64,000 nucleotides of DNA from Haplodiscus bocki (GCA_965655095.1 OZ296659.1:4154001-4218000); one strand, 5' to 3'; positions 1 to 14,650 are shown, counted from the first letter of the stretch. The notes: generated from the letters alone by a model not told the origin. Program-made: numbers and translations.

Positions 1-2804
1 AAAATTTTCCGACAAAAAACTTCCAAAATTCCGAATCATTCTTCGCGACTTTCAACGTTTCGTACTGACTTACGCAGGATGCATAGTTTAGAAGATTTCC
101 AAAAGCGGAAAAGCGTAAGTTGCGAACAGCAAAAATTTGGCAAGTTATTGTACACTCAAAGCATGAAAAGTTGCGGTTTTCCCTAAAATCACAAAGCTCT
201 TCCAGGAAGTATACGTTGGTATTAACTTCATCAAATTCTGCGCTAAAAGAACAAATTTGTCGAAAAACGGCAAAAATTACGTATATTGTGAGAATTTTCA
301 GCTAAGTTCCGAAAGGATTGAAAACGATCAATTTCTGGGTACCAACAATGGTTTCAGTAAAAACAACTGAATAAATTTTCGACAAATTTCAATTTAGAGC
401 CAACTTGAAAACTTCTCAAAAGGAGAATTCAGATCTCTCAATTGAGAAATTAGGCTTCCACCAAAAACCCCAAAATTGCAGAAAATGGGTGAAACTGAAC
501 TCATAATTTTTTTTTGCCGCCATTGGATAGGAAAACGGATGGCCATATTAACAGAACGAAGACGCTCAGTGTCAGTAACCAGTCAACCAAAAGCAAAATT
601 GGTCATCCTACGATTCATCTCTTCCAAGTTGTGAAAGCTACGACAAAAAAATGCATAAAATCAAATACGCTGGCGTTTTGCCAGCTTTAACACAACTTCG
701 CAATACAATTTGCCTTTTCATTTTCACTCAAAAATCTGAAAGAAACTTGAAGCCATGATCGGAGTCGTGCTTCACACTTTATAATACAGCAGCTGTCAAT
801 CAAAATCTTGTACGATTAAGTTGAATTGCAAAAATATCTAATTAGGGTAGTAATTTAATCTCTCAACGTCTTTTTAGGTTACGCCATTTTGAAGCCCAAT
901 GTTCAAGAGATTTGCACCGTAACAACGGTAACTATAACAATTGACAACAGACGCTGTCTCAATCAAAACATTCAGGCCAAATGTCAAAATTGAAGACCAC
1001 TTATTTTCGCATTACAAGCGTCAGCTCTTCAGCTTTTTTCCAAAATGTGTAGTGGGAGAGATTAAATTAAGTCTATAAAAAATTTTTGACGAAAACTTCT
1101 GGAACATTTCGAGGGTGATAATATTGTCCTTGTTGGGAAAAACCGAAGAATTGGCTAAACTCAGAGTGGTCTCACTTTTTTTTGAGTAAGGGCCACAATT
1201 CAAGAAAACTACAAGTAAACTCAGAGAAAATGCGCCAAATCTTTGCAGTTAGTGTTTTCTATAAACCTTTTTGCGTTTTCAGAAAATGAGCTCCGAGCTC
1301 TCGAAAAATTTGCTCAGTTCTGTCTATCAAAACACAACTATAGTTTTGGTCTCGCGAACTTTTCGAAGAGCAGTATGTCACCAACACTGTCTCATTCAAA
1401 ACGTTGATATCTAAAACATGACCTTTTAGGACGAGGTTGTTCATTTTTTCACCAATGTTAAACTAGCATTTTTCATAACGCGAAAATAAACGAGTACTTG
1501 CCAAATGTCTCGAAAGAGGTTGTTTTTGACAGTTTACTCTAGATGACAAGACTCTCTGATGGCTTCAAAAATGCACAGTCTTGAAGGGATTAAAAAATTG
1601 GGCAAAAGCTAGTTTCAAAACATATTTTTCCTTCCAATCAGAATGTGTAAAATCACCTTTTCTTTTAGCAAAACTCAGTTTTTTTCAGAAAATTTCCAAA
1701 TTCTCCCCATAGAAAACTAGCGAGTTTGCTGTAACTAAAACCCATATAAAAGGTAATTTTCCCAAAAACGGATTTTTAAGATAATGAAGGCGGAAATGTC
1801 GGTGGTTGCCGGGTAACCTGCTTAGTAATGCTTGAAAAGGGTCAAATCGGTATTGTATCAATACTACACGAATGAATGATTTCATCATGCTACAAATCAT
1901 TTCAGTGTCCATTACCATATTGGTTCCTTTGTGACTTTTCTGTAATTCTCTTTTTATAGAACTCACTGTGGCCTTAATGAGTTCTACAGTGTTTAGTGAC
2001 ACTGTAAAACAAGGGTATAGCACGCAGCATATCAACGATCCGAACCCTGAATTCTTCTCTATGACATAGTTGATCCTTGCTCACATTTCTAAGACTTCTG
2101 CCCTCTCGCAGATCTTACACCTTTCGAGCTTAGCTTACGTCTCTGCAAGTCATCATATATAAATTGCTTGACATACCGATATGAACGGTCCCCTCGAAAA
2201 AAGATACATGAATCCATTTTACAAAGCTACGTTTCCAACTCAGTTGGATCTGATTACTTCAATCGTTTCTATTGGATAGTGTAAATTTTTGCCCGAGTCA
2301 AATGAGCGCAAGGATTAGGGATGATTATGTTAGTAGCTTTATCGATACAAAAATCATGGTTAATAATGCTTCTCTCGGTTTCATTCAAATATAATTACAC
2401 TTGTTTCTGAAAACACGCTGTTCAACTAATCCTTCATACTTGGTTCTTCGACGTCACCTGCTTCAAAAAATTCCAATTAATTTTTGTAGTTAGAGCTGAC
2501 CTCAATCCAATTTTATAGTAACCGAACATTTAATATAAACTCAGAATGTAGAAACCGAAATAATTAGCGCTGTGATTATTTTATACAGTCACCACTAACT
2601 TATATCAGCTAATTGACGTCTGAGCTACAAATATCATAGTTAGCAAGCTTTGCCGTAGAAAATAAGAAAACTTTGCAAAACATCAAAAAAATGGGATTAA
2701 AATGCAAAGGGTTGAAATTGTTATGGATTGAAATATCAGTGGGTCCAATTTATAGGGGTTGAAAGAGTTGCGGTTGAAAATGCAGGGGGTGAAATGTCTT
2801 GAAA

Positions 2805-3130
2805 CACGTCAGAACAGCTGCAAAAGGGAATCTCATTTGTCAATCATGAGGACTTGTGACTCTTAGTTGAAACATAAAATTGCATAGTTTTGGTCAAATA
2901 AGTAAAAAGTTTTCTTACATTGAACCAAAAGTGGTCATTCCACACTTCCAGATTCAATGGATATGTCAATTTTGATGATTGACAGGCGGTATGTACCGAC
3001 TTGAGAGAAGTTCCCATGTTTTGTTCACTAACATCAACCAATTTAGGAGCTCGAACTTCTTAAAAGTAACAATTTTGGGGTACCTAATACACTTCCCACA
3101 CTTTCATATTCAAAACTGGGAAAAGAAATG
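2805..3130 (+). repeat. Dispersed repeat copy (second copy at about 5124-5450); related segments recur at about 860-960/4975-5050/5460-5530 and 1540-1660/5575-5690
   Basis: Shared text such as acgtcagaacagct...caatcatgaggacttgtgactct...agattcaatggat...gattgac.gg.atg..ccgacttga appears at both loci. Confidence 0.75.
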
Positions 3131-3212
3131 TAAAAAACAGAAATCATTCCCCATCCACTCTGACAGCCTGTTAGTATATAAGTGACATATACTTGGAGGC
3201 AGAAGTTCGATC

Positions 3213-3414
3213 CATCCTTCATCAGAATCAAACCTAAACCCTACTGAGCACGTCTGGCAATTCGTCAAACGTAAAAAAGGGGTTGAAAGGTAAATTATTC
3301 AGTGGAGATGGCGAAATTAGTCATTAAGTCTTGGCAATCAATTCCGCAAGAAACCCCGAAAAACTTCTACATTCAAGGCCCAGTAGAGTTGAAATTTGTT
3401 TAGCTCATAGATGA
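3213..3414 (+). pseudogene. Tc1/mariner transposase C-terminal relic
   Basis: Manual translation gives HPSSESNLNPTEHVWQFVKRK (decayed SPDLNPIEHxW motif), then SWQSIPQETPKKLLHSRPSRVEICLAHR (WxxIPxExIxKLxxSMPxR pattern). Confidence 0.7.
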
Positions 3415-3442
3415 CAGGTTGGCTATTGAAAGACTTATTTTG

Positions 3443-3443
<1 letters not shown>

Positions 3444-3506
<63 letters not shown>

Positions 3507-3580
3507 TACATGATTATAAATATACAAATTTATGTTTATCTATTCATATTTATCTATCTATCTATTTATATTTATTTATT
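3444..3580. repeat. Compound microsatellite (CT)n(GT)n followed by (TATC/TATT)n low-complexity sequence
   Basis: Directly visible. Confidence 0.95.
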
Positions 3581-3619
3581 CAAAAAAATGTATTTCGCTC
3601 ATTTCTTCATATGAAAACG

Positions 3620-4030
3620 TCTAGTACGCCAGCTAATCAGGTGACACATCTGGGTTCCGCCGCCGGAAAAGTGAGTCTCTTCAATTATATGCAAGGAACT
3701 TGGTGTATCTATGCCACATTTGCATCTCTTTACATCAATGTGGTCTTCAGTCGATTCGTGCACGGCCTATTCAGTCTTTACCATGATCTCCGGTTGAGCA
3801 ACTGGGCAGCCCTCCTGAAATTTACGGGGAATTCTTGCTCCAGCTCCTGGCCAAATGTGCGATATCTCCATTTTGGTAACTATAATCTGCTGTTAAGCTC
3901 CTTTCCGGGCGCTTCGTTGGATCATTAAAGTCATTCAAAGCTTGGATATTCGATGCTACCTCTATTATCTTGTTGAAAATCATTTTTTTTCTCATCAGAA
4001 CTTTAGCCGGTAACGGTATTTGCGCAAAAA
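3620..4030 (-). pseudogene. 3' relic of a non-LTR retrotransposon ORF2 (C-terminal zinc-knuckle region)
   Basis: Minus-strand translation RRSW*RLNRPCT...KRCKCGIDTPSSLHIIEE resembles the WxxLNRxRT...CxCG...HI C-terminus of LINE ORF2; the adjacent simple repeat lies where a 3' tail would be. Confidence 0.45.
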
Positions 4031-6619
4031 GAAGTAACAGCAAGAGAAACTAAGCGTTCGCTTAATGTTTATAAAATTTATTAGAAATTTCTATTTTTAC
4101 GCATGCCTCCGATGAGGAATTGCGTCGCTGACTAATAGCAAGTTGCCAGTAGTTCCTTTTTACTTAAGTTTTCTTCGACAAACGTGCTTTATTTTCCTGA
4201 TACCGCGGGACGGCCGCTGGGTAGCCAGATCAGCTTTCCAACCAGAAATATCGACCAGCCATCACAAAATCTATACACTTCAGTGAAATTTAAATCAGCT
4301 CACATCAAGAAAACGAAACGACATTTTGTAACAACAGCACCCCATTTAAAAAACTTCCCGTTTCTATTTTATAAATTGAAGAAAAATCATACGTGCAGTA
4401 TCATTTTGCATATAATTAGCAAAAATTTGCCTTAAATTCGTAAAAAACGGGATTTTTTCTCAAAACATAGACATAAGGATAGTAGGTATTAGGCGCTAAC
4501 AGTTTACAAGCAAAAAGATGCTAAAAATGGAATTAAGCAATCTTGCTAAAATTTCCGAACATAGTGGTCAATTTTGACTTCTTGAACACTATGCAATTTT
4601 TTGACGTTTTGGGAATCAACAAATTTTCGACGCGATGAATAGCATCAAATTGGAAAATAAGAAAACAAGATGCGAATTGAATTGACAAATTTGATAAAAC
4701 TTGACATGTATTGGTAAACAGTGACGTTCACTCTAGCTTGGGGATTCGCGAGAAAGTAAATTGAAAAGAAAATTGGAACATGGAGATGAAGTGGAATTTC
4801 GCAAACCATTCTGACTTGATCACAGATAGTTTACAAATCAAAGGTCCTGAGAGACATTCGAATCTTGATCAGTAGAAATACTGCACCAGAGTTCTATCAA
4901 AAGGTTGTTCGAAGAAGTCGAATTCAGACAAGTCCTTGTTACAGTGTCTAATACTCGAAAAGTTGATATGTCAATCATGTCTTCTTAGACTCTCCCGTTT
5001 TGTAGCCAATGTTTTAAAGATCTACACATTAAACAACGCAAAAATGAACAAAACTAGGTGTCACAAAAAACATTACATGTAAAAAATTTCTATGTCTTAA
5101 AATGGCTAACATTAGTCAGCAAGACGTCAGAACAGCTTCAAAAGTTTCCTATCCCACTTGCCAATCATGAGGACTTGTGACTCTCAATTGAAATATCAAA
5201 AGGAAAGTTGCATAATAACGGTCAATTCAGTGTGAACAACTTTCATAACCTGACCCTGAATTTTCACAATTTTAGATTCAATGGATGTCTCACATTTGAT
5301 GATTGACCGGTATGCGCCGACTTGAAAACAGTCCCGGTGTATGTTCACTAGTATTAAACACTTATAGTTTTACGAACTCGAAATGCTTACATGTAAGTTT
5401 TTTGGGGACACCAAATACACTGCCCAGACTGTCTCAGATTCAAACTATTCTCATGTCAATCATGTCTTTTCAGGTTACGCCATTTTTCTACCCAATGTTT
5501 AAAAGGTTTGCACAATAAACAACGTAAAAATTTACGAACGTCTGTCAAAAACAGGCCGTTTTGACCATTAACACTAGATGAGTAGACTCTGATTACGCCA
5601 AATAATCCAAGTTTTGGGAAGGATTAAAAAAACTATGCACAAGCCAGTTTCCAATACACATTTTTTCTTTCAGTCAAAATATGTAAAAAAATAAGGAAGT
5701 AGGAAATATTTGAATTCAATTTAGCGCTCATTCTCGCTCAGTTGGTCAACCACGCCAACCTTAGCAAAGTGCGGAGAAAGAAGTAAAATCTATCAACACA
5801 TTTCTGGCGAAATTGGGCAACAAAAAACATCCTGGAGTTACCGGGGTCTTTTTTTGGTTTATGGGAACTCTTCTAAAATTCTTGAAGCAATGAAATGTGA
5901 CCAAAAACGAAGAAATTTTTTATAGACGATGAAAGATTCGAAACCGCAGTTATGTGGTGCCATTAAGCAGGGACATCTCATTTTGTAGCTGCTCATGATT
6001 AATTCAAAATGTATTGCTTGCAAGTGTTCAATACGATCGTGCACTGAATTGCGTTGTTATTTCTCTACGCATAGTAGAACCGGTTGTCCAGAGCTTCCTC
6101 AGAGCTGAAAAAGTATCCTACAAGTACTATTCAAGTTGATTACAAGTGAAATTTGATTGAACTTTTGGATGTTCAACTCAAATTTACTGAGGAAAAACCA
6201 GACATAATTACAGCCAGCAGGCCGATAGGGGTTCACATGAGAGTGACAACTGGGTTTTGATTTGATATAGCCAGCTCATACTGGGTTTGACAATTTCCCA
6301 AAATTGTATGAGGAAACTAACAGTGTGATTATTTATAAAGAAGCAGGGTTCTGACATCGCTAAATTTAACCGCTCGTCACTAAACCGCTAATTTGGCAAT
6401 TGTTAAAACGTTATTTTCAGGAAGCAGAGAAAAACACCCGTAGAAAGGGTTTCGTTGAGTTTGTGTCATTGCTTTATGACAAACTAAGCGAATACAATCC
6501 TCATTATTATTTTCCGCCCATATTTATAATATGGAAGCAAAATCTTCCACTCAAAACGCTGAAATCTAAAGTTTTTTTTACGTCGTTTTTGCCAATTGAT
6601 AATGTCAGATGTGAGTGAA

Positions 6620-6972
6620 AGTGTCCGATGTTCTGAAAACGTGATTTTTCTTCACCAAATTCTAGCAAATTTGCCGTAGAACGCGACTAAAATAGTAAGA
6701 TTTCTCAAGACAAACGAATTTTTTTTAAAACGACGGGCAAAGGTGGCAAATTTGCTGTAGAATCCGTATCAAATGACAGTATTTCATAAAAATGTCTTTC
6801 TCCACCTGAATTGAGGGTTTTTCTGTAGAGATCAGGAAAAATTAAATTTGGAAAAATTATCACAATTTGCTGAAGATAGTATTTTTTCGAGAAAAAGCTT
6901 TCATCCTTCTAAAAGTTATCTTTAGCAAAGTTAGAGGACGGAAAATATGCCGTGGTAGCCAGCCGTCTTGTT
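6620..6972 (+). mobile_element. Fragment of a Helitron-like non-autonomous family (3' end gccgtggtagccagccgtcttgtt)
   Basis: Near-identical terminal motif occurs at about 42049-42071, 47858-47879 and, inverted, 48178-48203. Confidence 0.5.
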
Positions 6973-7115
6973 ATCATTACAAACAAAATATACCGCTAAT
7001 AAAATGATGTCGCATATTTAAATCGCCAATGAAATGCTTCCCCTTCCCTAATTTACTTCACCGCTATGTGGCAATGCCAGAACCCCTTGTAGAAGATATT
7101 GAGTTCAGTACTCAC

Positions 7116-8544
7116 GTTCAGGAGAAAATTCGACAGGAGAAGGTGACGACTTGGAAGACTGCGCGCTTTGCTGCGATTGCGGAGTTGAGGGCACACCCAT
7201 GGAGGGGTTCTGTTTGTTGCTGCCGAACCAGCCAACTCCGCCGGTGACCGGTGAATCAGCCGATTTTAATTCTGATTGGCTAGTTGGTTGCGACTGGCCC
7301 TCACTTAAAAGCTGCGACGTTGTTCTGTTGGAAAGTGCCCCATACGGACCCCGGCGTGAAGACTTATTCGTGACATCATCGGTCGATTCCTCTCTTTGCA
7401 TGCTATTTTGAGACACGCAGGGTGCACTCATTTGTCGGTAACATGAAGACTGATCTTTTTCCGTTTTTAACAGTAAGTTATGTTCGCTGCTTATTTGCGG
7501 TGGTGGCGGCTGTCGATGCGATGTTAACGAGTCAAAAGAACTTCGTTCAGAAGACGTTGAGTCAAAATTTCGCTGTGGAGGAGGCCAATTCGGAGAATGC
7601 TGAATGCCGCCGCTGCTAGAGGGAGGGAGATAAGGAGCACCTGTTGAATGGCCCCCAGAAACCACTAATTGACTTGGAGATGACTGAGGGTGGGCAGGTT
7701 GTTGGAACCTAGGGCGTGCGGCAGGAGATGCTTCTTGTTGCATGTTGACAGGAAAATATTGCATCGTATTGGTGACACTACTTCTATTTTGTGCCGTGTT
7801 TCTCTGCGGGATCCTAACAACCGATGGAACACCGCACACATTCGAATGCTGGCTGTTGAAATTAACGGGCACGCCGTGTTGACCTAAACTTTGAGCAAGA
7901 CCAATGCCCGCCGCAGTAACATTTGGAGGCGAGACGCCTAAAAATTGATAAGTTGTTGTCTGATCATCATACAGGTAAAAAGATGCGAGATGAGACCCAC
8001 CACTGGCGGCTCCGGTTTTGGGAGGCGGAACAAAATTCGACTGCTGTTGTTGATGTCTAGTGGTTAAACCCGGATGTTGTATCGCAACCGGGGAACACCC
8101 TTGCATGTTTTGAGATGATGCAGGCATCTGCTGTGGCGTTACCTGAACAAGACCTCCTTTGTGGGTGCCACCAGCGGGGGCAGTGCGGATGAAAGGCACG
8201 GGAGCCGTGGCGACGGGAGCTGCGGATATCATGGATGACCCGCTGCCACCGTTCTCATGTCCTGCTCCTCCACCGCCACCGTCCCCATTTTTGCTGGCGG
8301 GAATCATACCGTTCATTGACCTTGAAATGACGTCACTTGTGGCCAATGCAGAACCAGAACAAGAGGAGAAGGCGGAGTTGTTTTTTGCGCTTTCCGCCCC
8401 AGGGGGTACCAAGACAATACGTCCCGTGGGTAAGCTACTGCAATGGGGGATTACAGTTTGTATTGAATATGAGATGCTTTTCGACTTTGGTGTCAACGAA
8501 GAATGGGCGGCTGGTTGCAAAATAACTTGTGACGTCGAGAGCAT
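7116..8544 (-). CDS. Large coding exon of a host gene; Ser/Gln/Pro/Gly-rich, probably disordered N-terminal region; product unidentified
   Basis: 479-codon open frame, GC-richer than its flanks. ATG at 8544 with in-frame stops upstream. Canonical donor C|GTGAGT at 7115 just before the ORF's stop, so the gene continues in downstream exons not identified here. Confidence 0.8.
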
Positions 8545-10460
8545 TGCAATGTTGTCTCAAACAATGTCGAGGACAGAACAAGAAGAGCATGGCTGCCACA
8601 TTATAGATCAAGGAGGGCGGCAACAGTGAATGTGTATTACCTGCAATCACTGACAGGTAATATTGAATGACGTTACTTTACGTTAGCAGAAAGAAGGAAG
8701 GTGGTATGATGAGACAATAAATAACCAATAAATAAGGTTCTTGTGCTGCCGCCTCTAATCAAAAAGTGAGGTGGAATTCATCAATTTAATTTGCGAATGG
8801 GCAATAGAGGCAAAATAGATACATTTAAAGGGAAAGAATGATGAGATTAGGTATCAATGCAACATGCCATCTTTCTAGCTTTGGTATATAAAAACTAAGA
8901 TCGAGCACAAAGAAAATCAACTAGAATAGTTAGAATCAAATCATCAAATCAAATCAATTACTAGTTTTCTATTCTGAGATGGACTACTGTTTTAATAATA
9001 ATAACAGTATTAGTAATAGCAGCGACGACGGTTGCAAACGGTGTATTAATCTTTGTTCAGATCGTCGGCGGCGGGCGACAAGTGTCAAGATATAAAGCAG
9101 TGCTGAAGACGGGCAAAGGGCTTCAAAACAATACAATTGAACCATCGGCTCAACATACTTGTAACGAAAGAAGAGGGGTAAAGTAACATTTTCTGGCTCT
9201 CCTAAGAAAAACAATTCCAGCCGCACTTCTATTCTACCGACAGTCTTGGCTTCTTCCGAAAGCAGCAATAGCACCAATACTAGTAATCTACATCAGCAGT
9301 AGTAGGAGTGTATTACTAATAACTGCAATGGCAATAGTAAGAAATAATTTTCCCGCTTCCAACCCTTTTTTGCATTCATCCAGGCTGTAATCGAGGACGA
9401 CTATACAAGGATAGTGGCGGCGGCGGGAGCGCAGACAGCGGAGCTCTCCAACTCAAAGATGACGGTAAAGACAATGCAGGGGTGCACCAAGACGAGTTAT
9501 TGCCGGTTACAGAAGTGCTACAGAAGAAGTAACCGGTGTAAATGCTTCAGTTGGTGTGGCTTTAACAGAGAAAGATATAAGGACAACAGGGGTTAGGCAA
9601 TAAAGAATGGAAGCAAGTTAGAGACTGGACTACAACTACTACTTCTAATTCTTATCCATCTTGTTCCAGAATTCAGTGCCCAGCCCAGGCGAAAGAGGGA
9701 GGAGTCGAGGGGTTGCTTAAAATATTGAACCAGTAAACACTACGTAAGTAACATCAAGACAACATTCCGCAACAAGAGATCGTACCCATCTTTTGTGCAG
9801 TTATTATAGTCTTAGTCTTGCGCAACATTCCAGCACTAAAAGGGTACAAAAGAATAATCAAAAACAGCGAGGATCTCAGCGAAATCTAAATAAAAACTGG
9901 TATTGGTAGTCTCAAAACCCTTGGGTCGCGCAGTCATTCCAGCAGCGCCACTTCTCGGGAGGTTCCCAAGGTTGAAGTGTACATCCTTTGATGAAGATAA
10001 ACAACAAAACAAACGGCTGAATAATTTTTTCTCAGTAGCATTATCATGATCACTGTGGTATTTGATTGTTAAGACTCCGGAAGTCGAAGCTACTAAATTG
10101 ATTGGGACTGCTACTTCTGCTTGGCCGGCAGTACATATTAGAACGGAGGCAGAGCAAAAAGATAAATGCAGATTGGTTCATTGCCACCGCCAGCCGCCGC
10201 ATCAACAAATAACTAATGCACTTCTTTCGTCCCACTTTTTTTAACTCGCTTTCCCACAATTAACATCTGAAAAGACAAACGCAACTTGTATGCTGTTTTA
10301 ATTCCTATCCATAGACAACGCTGATCATTCATTATTAACAACACATGCAGAGCAGTAGGCAGATGTAACAACAAAAAATGTTTCACATTAATCAAAATCC
10401 TGGCCGTACTTATATTGTTTCGTGGTAGAAATTGTTAAAGAAGAAGTAAAGTATAGAGAC

Positions 10461-11060
10461 GGTAACGTCTCATAGCTCCGAAATTAAGAAACGAGGTGCA
10501 TAACTCCGAATTAAATTACCGGACCTAGAGATTCTTGGGTCTTTTCCGTTTCTTCCCCCCCCCCCCCAGCGGATTATTTCCCCCCCCCCCAGTCGAAGCT
10601 GTAGCTGCTGCTACCAGTGTACATGTATTTATTCACTGACTACGTCTTTCGCGAGTCAGTAGACAGTGCACACAATTCACAAATCTCAAGTACCTTCCAA
10701 GAAGCTGACTGCTTGCTGAAGCTAGTTAAAGTAAACAAACAGGTATTTGCAATAACTTTATTAAGCAGAAACTTGAACCATACTGTTCAGCTGAGCATAT
10801 CAGCTAGGGGGGAAATAATAATTCTGTCAGTAGGGCTGGGGGGGAAGAAACGGAAAAGACCCAATGATTAATTTAAATAAAATAAATTGGCGCCAAAATG
10901 CAAAAATTATCGGAAGTAAATATAAAATTGAAGGGAAAATTGTCGGAAACAAATAAAATCATTCAGTTCAAACAAATAAAAACATGCCTTCACTAGAGAT
11001 TCAAATTTTAATTCGGAGTTATGATACTAAAATACAAATTCGGAGCTAAGAATAGCCACC
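10461..11060. mobile_element. MITE (600 bp) with imperfect terminal inverted repeats
   Basis: Left ggtaacgtctcatagctccgaaatt...cataactccgaattaaa matches the reverse complement of the right end ggtggctattcttagctccgaattt...cataactccgaattaaa; flanks atagagac/atagaaac form an 8-bp TSD with one mismatch. Confidence 0.75.
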
Positions 11061-13899
11061 ATAGAAACATATAGGAAAGGAAGAAGAAAAAGGGTAGGAG
11101 TGAGAAAAGTAAGACGTTGAGTTGGAGGAGACATATGAATCTTGTTCAACCAATGATGAGCTTGAGAAACAATTTGCGCTACCAATAATAATCACACGCT
11201 TTCTAGTCACCTGCTCCACAAAAGGAGGCTGATCCAAACAGCGTATTTGTTCAGCGTTGACGGTTAGACAGTGCTGACACAGCATTATTGAGAACACGCC
11301 TCCATCAGCATAATGTACGAACATATATCGCTCTACATTTCAATTCATGGCAAAGCTCACCTTTGCAAATGCCACAGCGAAAGACCCCAGTTTTATGCCA
11401 CCTTTTTCATTTAAAAAGAAAAAAAGGTGACAGTATTATAGGGTGAAACGGTTACAAAGGAAAACGCTGAAACAAAATATTGCTCTCGGCTTTCATTGGC
11501 TCATCCTGATTGAAACTGAAAGCAACCAATAGAACTGCATTCAAAAGGTTGATTAACGAGTATACACTAAAAATAGGCATAAGATGAAACACAGAGAATT
11601 CACTTAAGATCCAACTCCAGAGCCAAGTATTAAAGGGTTGCCAAAATATTATTCAAAAACCCACCCCGGCAAATAGACAGCGAACCATTTTTTTATACGT
11701 TTCGCATATGTCAAACGTCAGGCATAAAAACAAAGCATGTTTTGATGACGGCCAGAAGTATTTCAGACAATTCCATCCGGTTTTTTTAGCCTGCATTTCT
11801 AAAATTAGGTTTAAAAAAGTTTAAAAGTTCGACTTCTAAAGGGTTAGTTTCGACGAAAGTGAACGGTCCATTTCGTGTACTTCCAAAAGAAGAGTGTTCT
11901 AGTAAAACAGCCACATACAAATACCAACCAGCATAACCAGAGCAAAATCTTCGTAACTTTGAAATCACCCAAGGGTCCCCTTACGATTTATTTTCGGCAG
12001 ACAAAAAAAATCGACCAGAAATGGTGGAAGCCCCCTTTTTCATATTTCTTTTTGCAAAAAAGTCGATTGATTTGAAACCATCAAAGGGTACTGTCACGAC
12101 TCGAGCGGTAAGGATTTGAAAATGTATCTTGGTTACCAAAAACTGGATTGAAACTTACTACCGGTGACTGTGGTAGCTTGAGAGAAGTGAATAAAATATC
12201 AAGACCCAACAAAATATGATTTGAACAAAAATTTAGATCTTCTTGTATGGTATCTATCTCATAGGCTCCCCAAATGCTTTTGAAGTTCAGGTCAATGACA
12301 TGACAGGTCCCGTTATCTTGGGTCATTCCCGACTTGTTCCTTCAACACTTGGCAACTACGTGATTACGCCCCACCGATTTGTGCTCTTTTGTGAAGCTGT
12401 TTTTGCATCTCAGAACTTTGACATTCAAAGTTTTCATGTATTATGTCTATCATCAAAACTTTGGATCAGCGGTAATGAATACCGCCACAGCTAGCGCCGC
12501 TATTCGAATAATCGCTATTGTCTGATTACCGCTACTCACTTCCGATTATGAATCGCTAATGGTTATCAACGATTGAATTGAAAATCAAGTTTTCTAGTTA
12601 TACCTACTGATCATAATAATTGAAATTATTAGCACCCACGTGACTTCCGCTTGTGTTTTCCAAGGAACCAACAACATAAAAACGATTTCTAAAGCTGCCA
12701 ACATTCTTCAGCTTATTTCGTTGCAATTAAAATTTCCAAAGGAAATGAAACTACTGACAGCTTTTCAATTATTTGACAAAAAAAATACTTTCGCAGTGGA
12801 CGAAGATTTTCGTATCTTCAAATAGGGGGTTTGATAAAATTTTACTTTGTAGCTAATGCCAAACATTTCCGATATATGCGACGGAAGAAACCGTAGATTT
12901 TACTATTAGGTTTTTGGTAAGTTCTACTGAATTTCAGCACTTTAATGACAGTCGGTAAACTTCAATGGTTAGAGATATTAGGTATAGTCTGATGATTTAA
13001 GACCTTCAGAAAACCAAGAACTATAATCAGTGATGTGCACTTTTTTTATTTAAAGGCCTATTTTCGATTTAAAGGAATTATATAGTTGTTCAACAATATT
13101 TCCGAATGAATAGCTTTTAATTGCGGTATCAACAACTTTAAGATAAGGTAGTTCTTATCTGTCATTGATTTGATTTAAGATAAGGCGCTAAATGTGAAAA
13201 TTTGACACTTCCAGATTTTTCAAAACGAAAAAAAATTAACTGAAAGTAGTTTAAAATACTGAAATTTTAACTGATCAATTAAACTATGCTTTAAATCATT
13301 CTTGAAATGCACACCACTGACTGTAATAGTTGTAGCTTTTTTAAACCAAATTAAAAGCGTAGACGATATTTTTATTACATGGTGAAATGCCAAAAGTTCG
13401 GAAATGTTTAGGTTTTGTAATTCTCCAACACCACGAAGTACCTTCAAAAATAAATTCGGCGACCTGCGATCCCAAGTTATATTTTGGATGAAATACGTAA
13501 CATACAATGAGATTGTAGGAATCCGTGTGAACAAAAGTAGAATTTAGTTAGCGCCTAACTAACAGTTGAAGAGGCCAATACTAGAGCCATTTTCGTCGGC
13601 GCTTTATTTTAGTAACAAGGCCGATTTTTCCAGTTTTTTCGTAAGACTACAGACCTCATTTTGACTCGATCCAATTCCAGAGTTTCATCAATGCACTTAG
13701 TGATTTTTGTGGAGCATTTCCAAACGATACGCAAATGCCACCAAAGTTAATGAAACCCGTTAATATATTCATATAATTTTTTTTGCACTTATCAATCTCC
13801 AAAAATTCAAGTATCTAATGTATTACCGTATATAATGTATACCAGCGAAAAAATTTCGAAACAGCAACTAAAATTTTTTCAAAAATCGACTACCACAGC

Positions 13900-14650
13900 A
13901 GGAAATTTGGAAAAAATATAAATAAAAAAAAGATTGATTCATTTTTCATACACGACGGCATTTTATATCGTACCAGAGGCACTCTTCGGAATTTTGACCA
14001 CGCGGCACGATAATTTTTGGAGAACAAAAACGTAATCATGCCAGACATTTTGTCAGGAAAGCAGGAAAAATTCCAAAAAAGGGTTCATTCAGTGATATTT
14101 TGAGCCACGCAGGCAACGCCGACTTCAGCCGTTCCCGTTTTAAATTTCCCAGTAATAATTAATGAAATTTAAAGCTATCAATTAAACTATCCTTTAAATG
14201 ATCTTTTAAATCCACATCACTAACAAGCGATGTTCATGAAACTTGCAATACAAGTGTGAATTTAATTCAAATGGAATCTTGAGCAATTTTGATCTCAAAA
14301 TCTGGAAAACTAAAGTTTTGTGAAAAATGAAGTGGAACAAAAGTTTCATAGATTTTTGATAAGATTACAAAGGTTTTCATTTCATCAAAATTGGACCACA
14401 AGAGTTTAATTTCCCCATTTTTGAGAATTTTCGCTGCTTCTTCAAAAACTTCTAGTCAAAAAATCATATATTTCTTCATTTTCTTCGACCAATAAGATCC
14501 GCCATGAATTCCCCACTCCCTGCCCGAAGACACGGCATTGAACTTGTTAAAATATCTTTCTTTTCAGGAAATTCACGGTGCTTAGGTGCCAAAATACTAG
14601 TTACAGTACTGATTTCTTTAAAAAACGTAATATCTGTTCCTTACGACATC
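13900..14650. repeat. Repeat with an inverted partner at about 20050-20750
   Basis: Examples: ttttgataagattacaaag vs ctttgtaatcttatcaaaa; ctatcctttaaatga vs tcatttaaagaatag; aattcacg vs cgtgaatt; matches are colinear in inverted order. Confidence 0.6.

Noticed and set aside
3411-3928. ORFs with LSLSLS/CVCVCV runs
   Set aside because: Microsatellite artefacts
5860-6230. Possible Tc1 transposase N-terminal relic (LRKLWTTGSTMRR on minus)
   Set aside because: Single short motif, insufficient support
8159-8629. 156-aa plus-strand ORF and other small ORFs overlapping the exon
   Set aside because: Antisense shadows of a GC-richer coding exon
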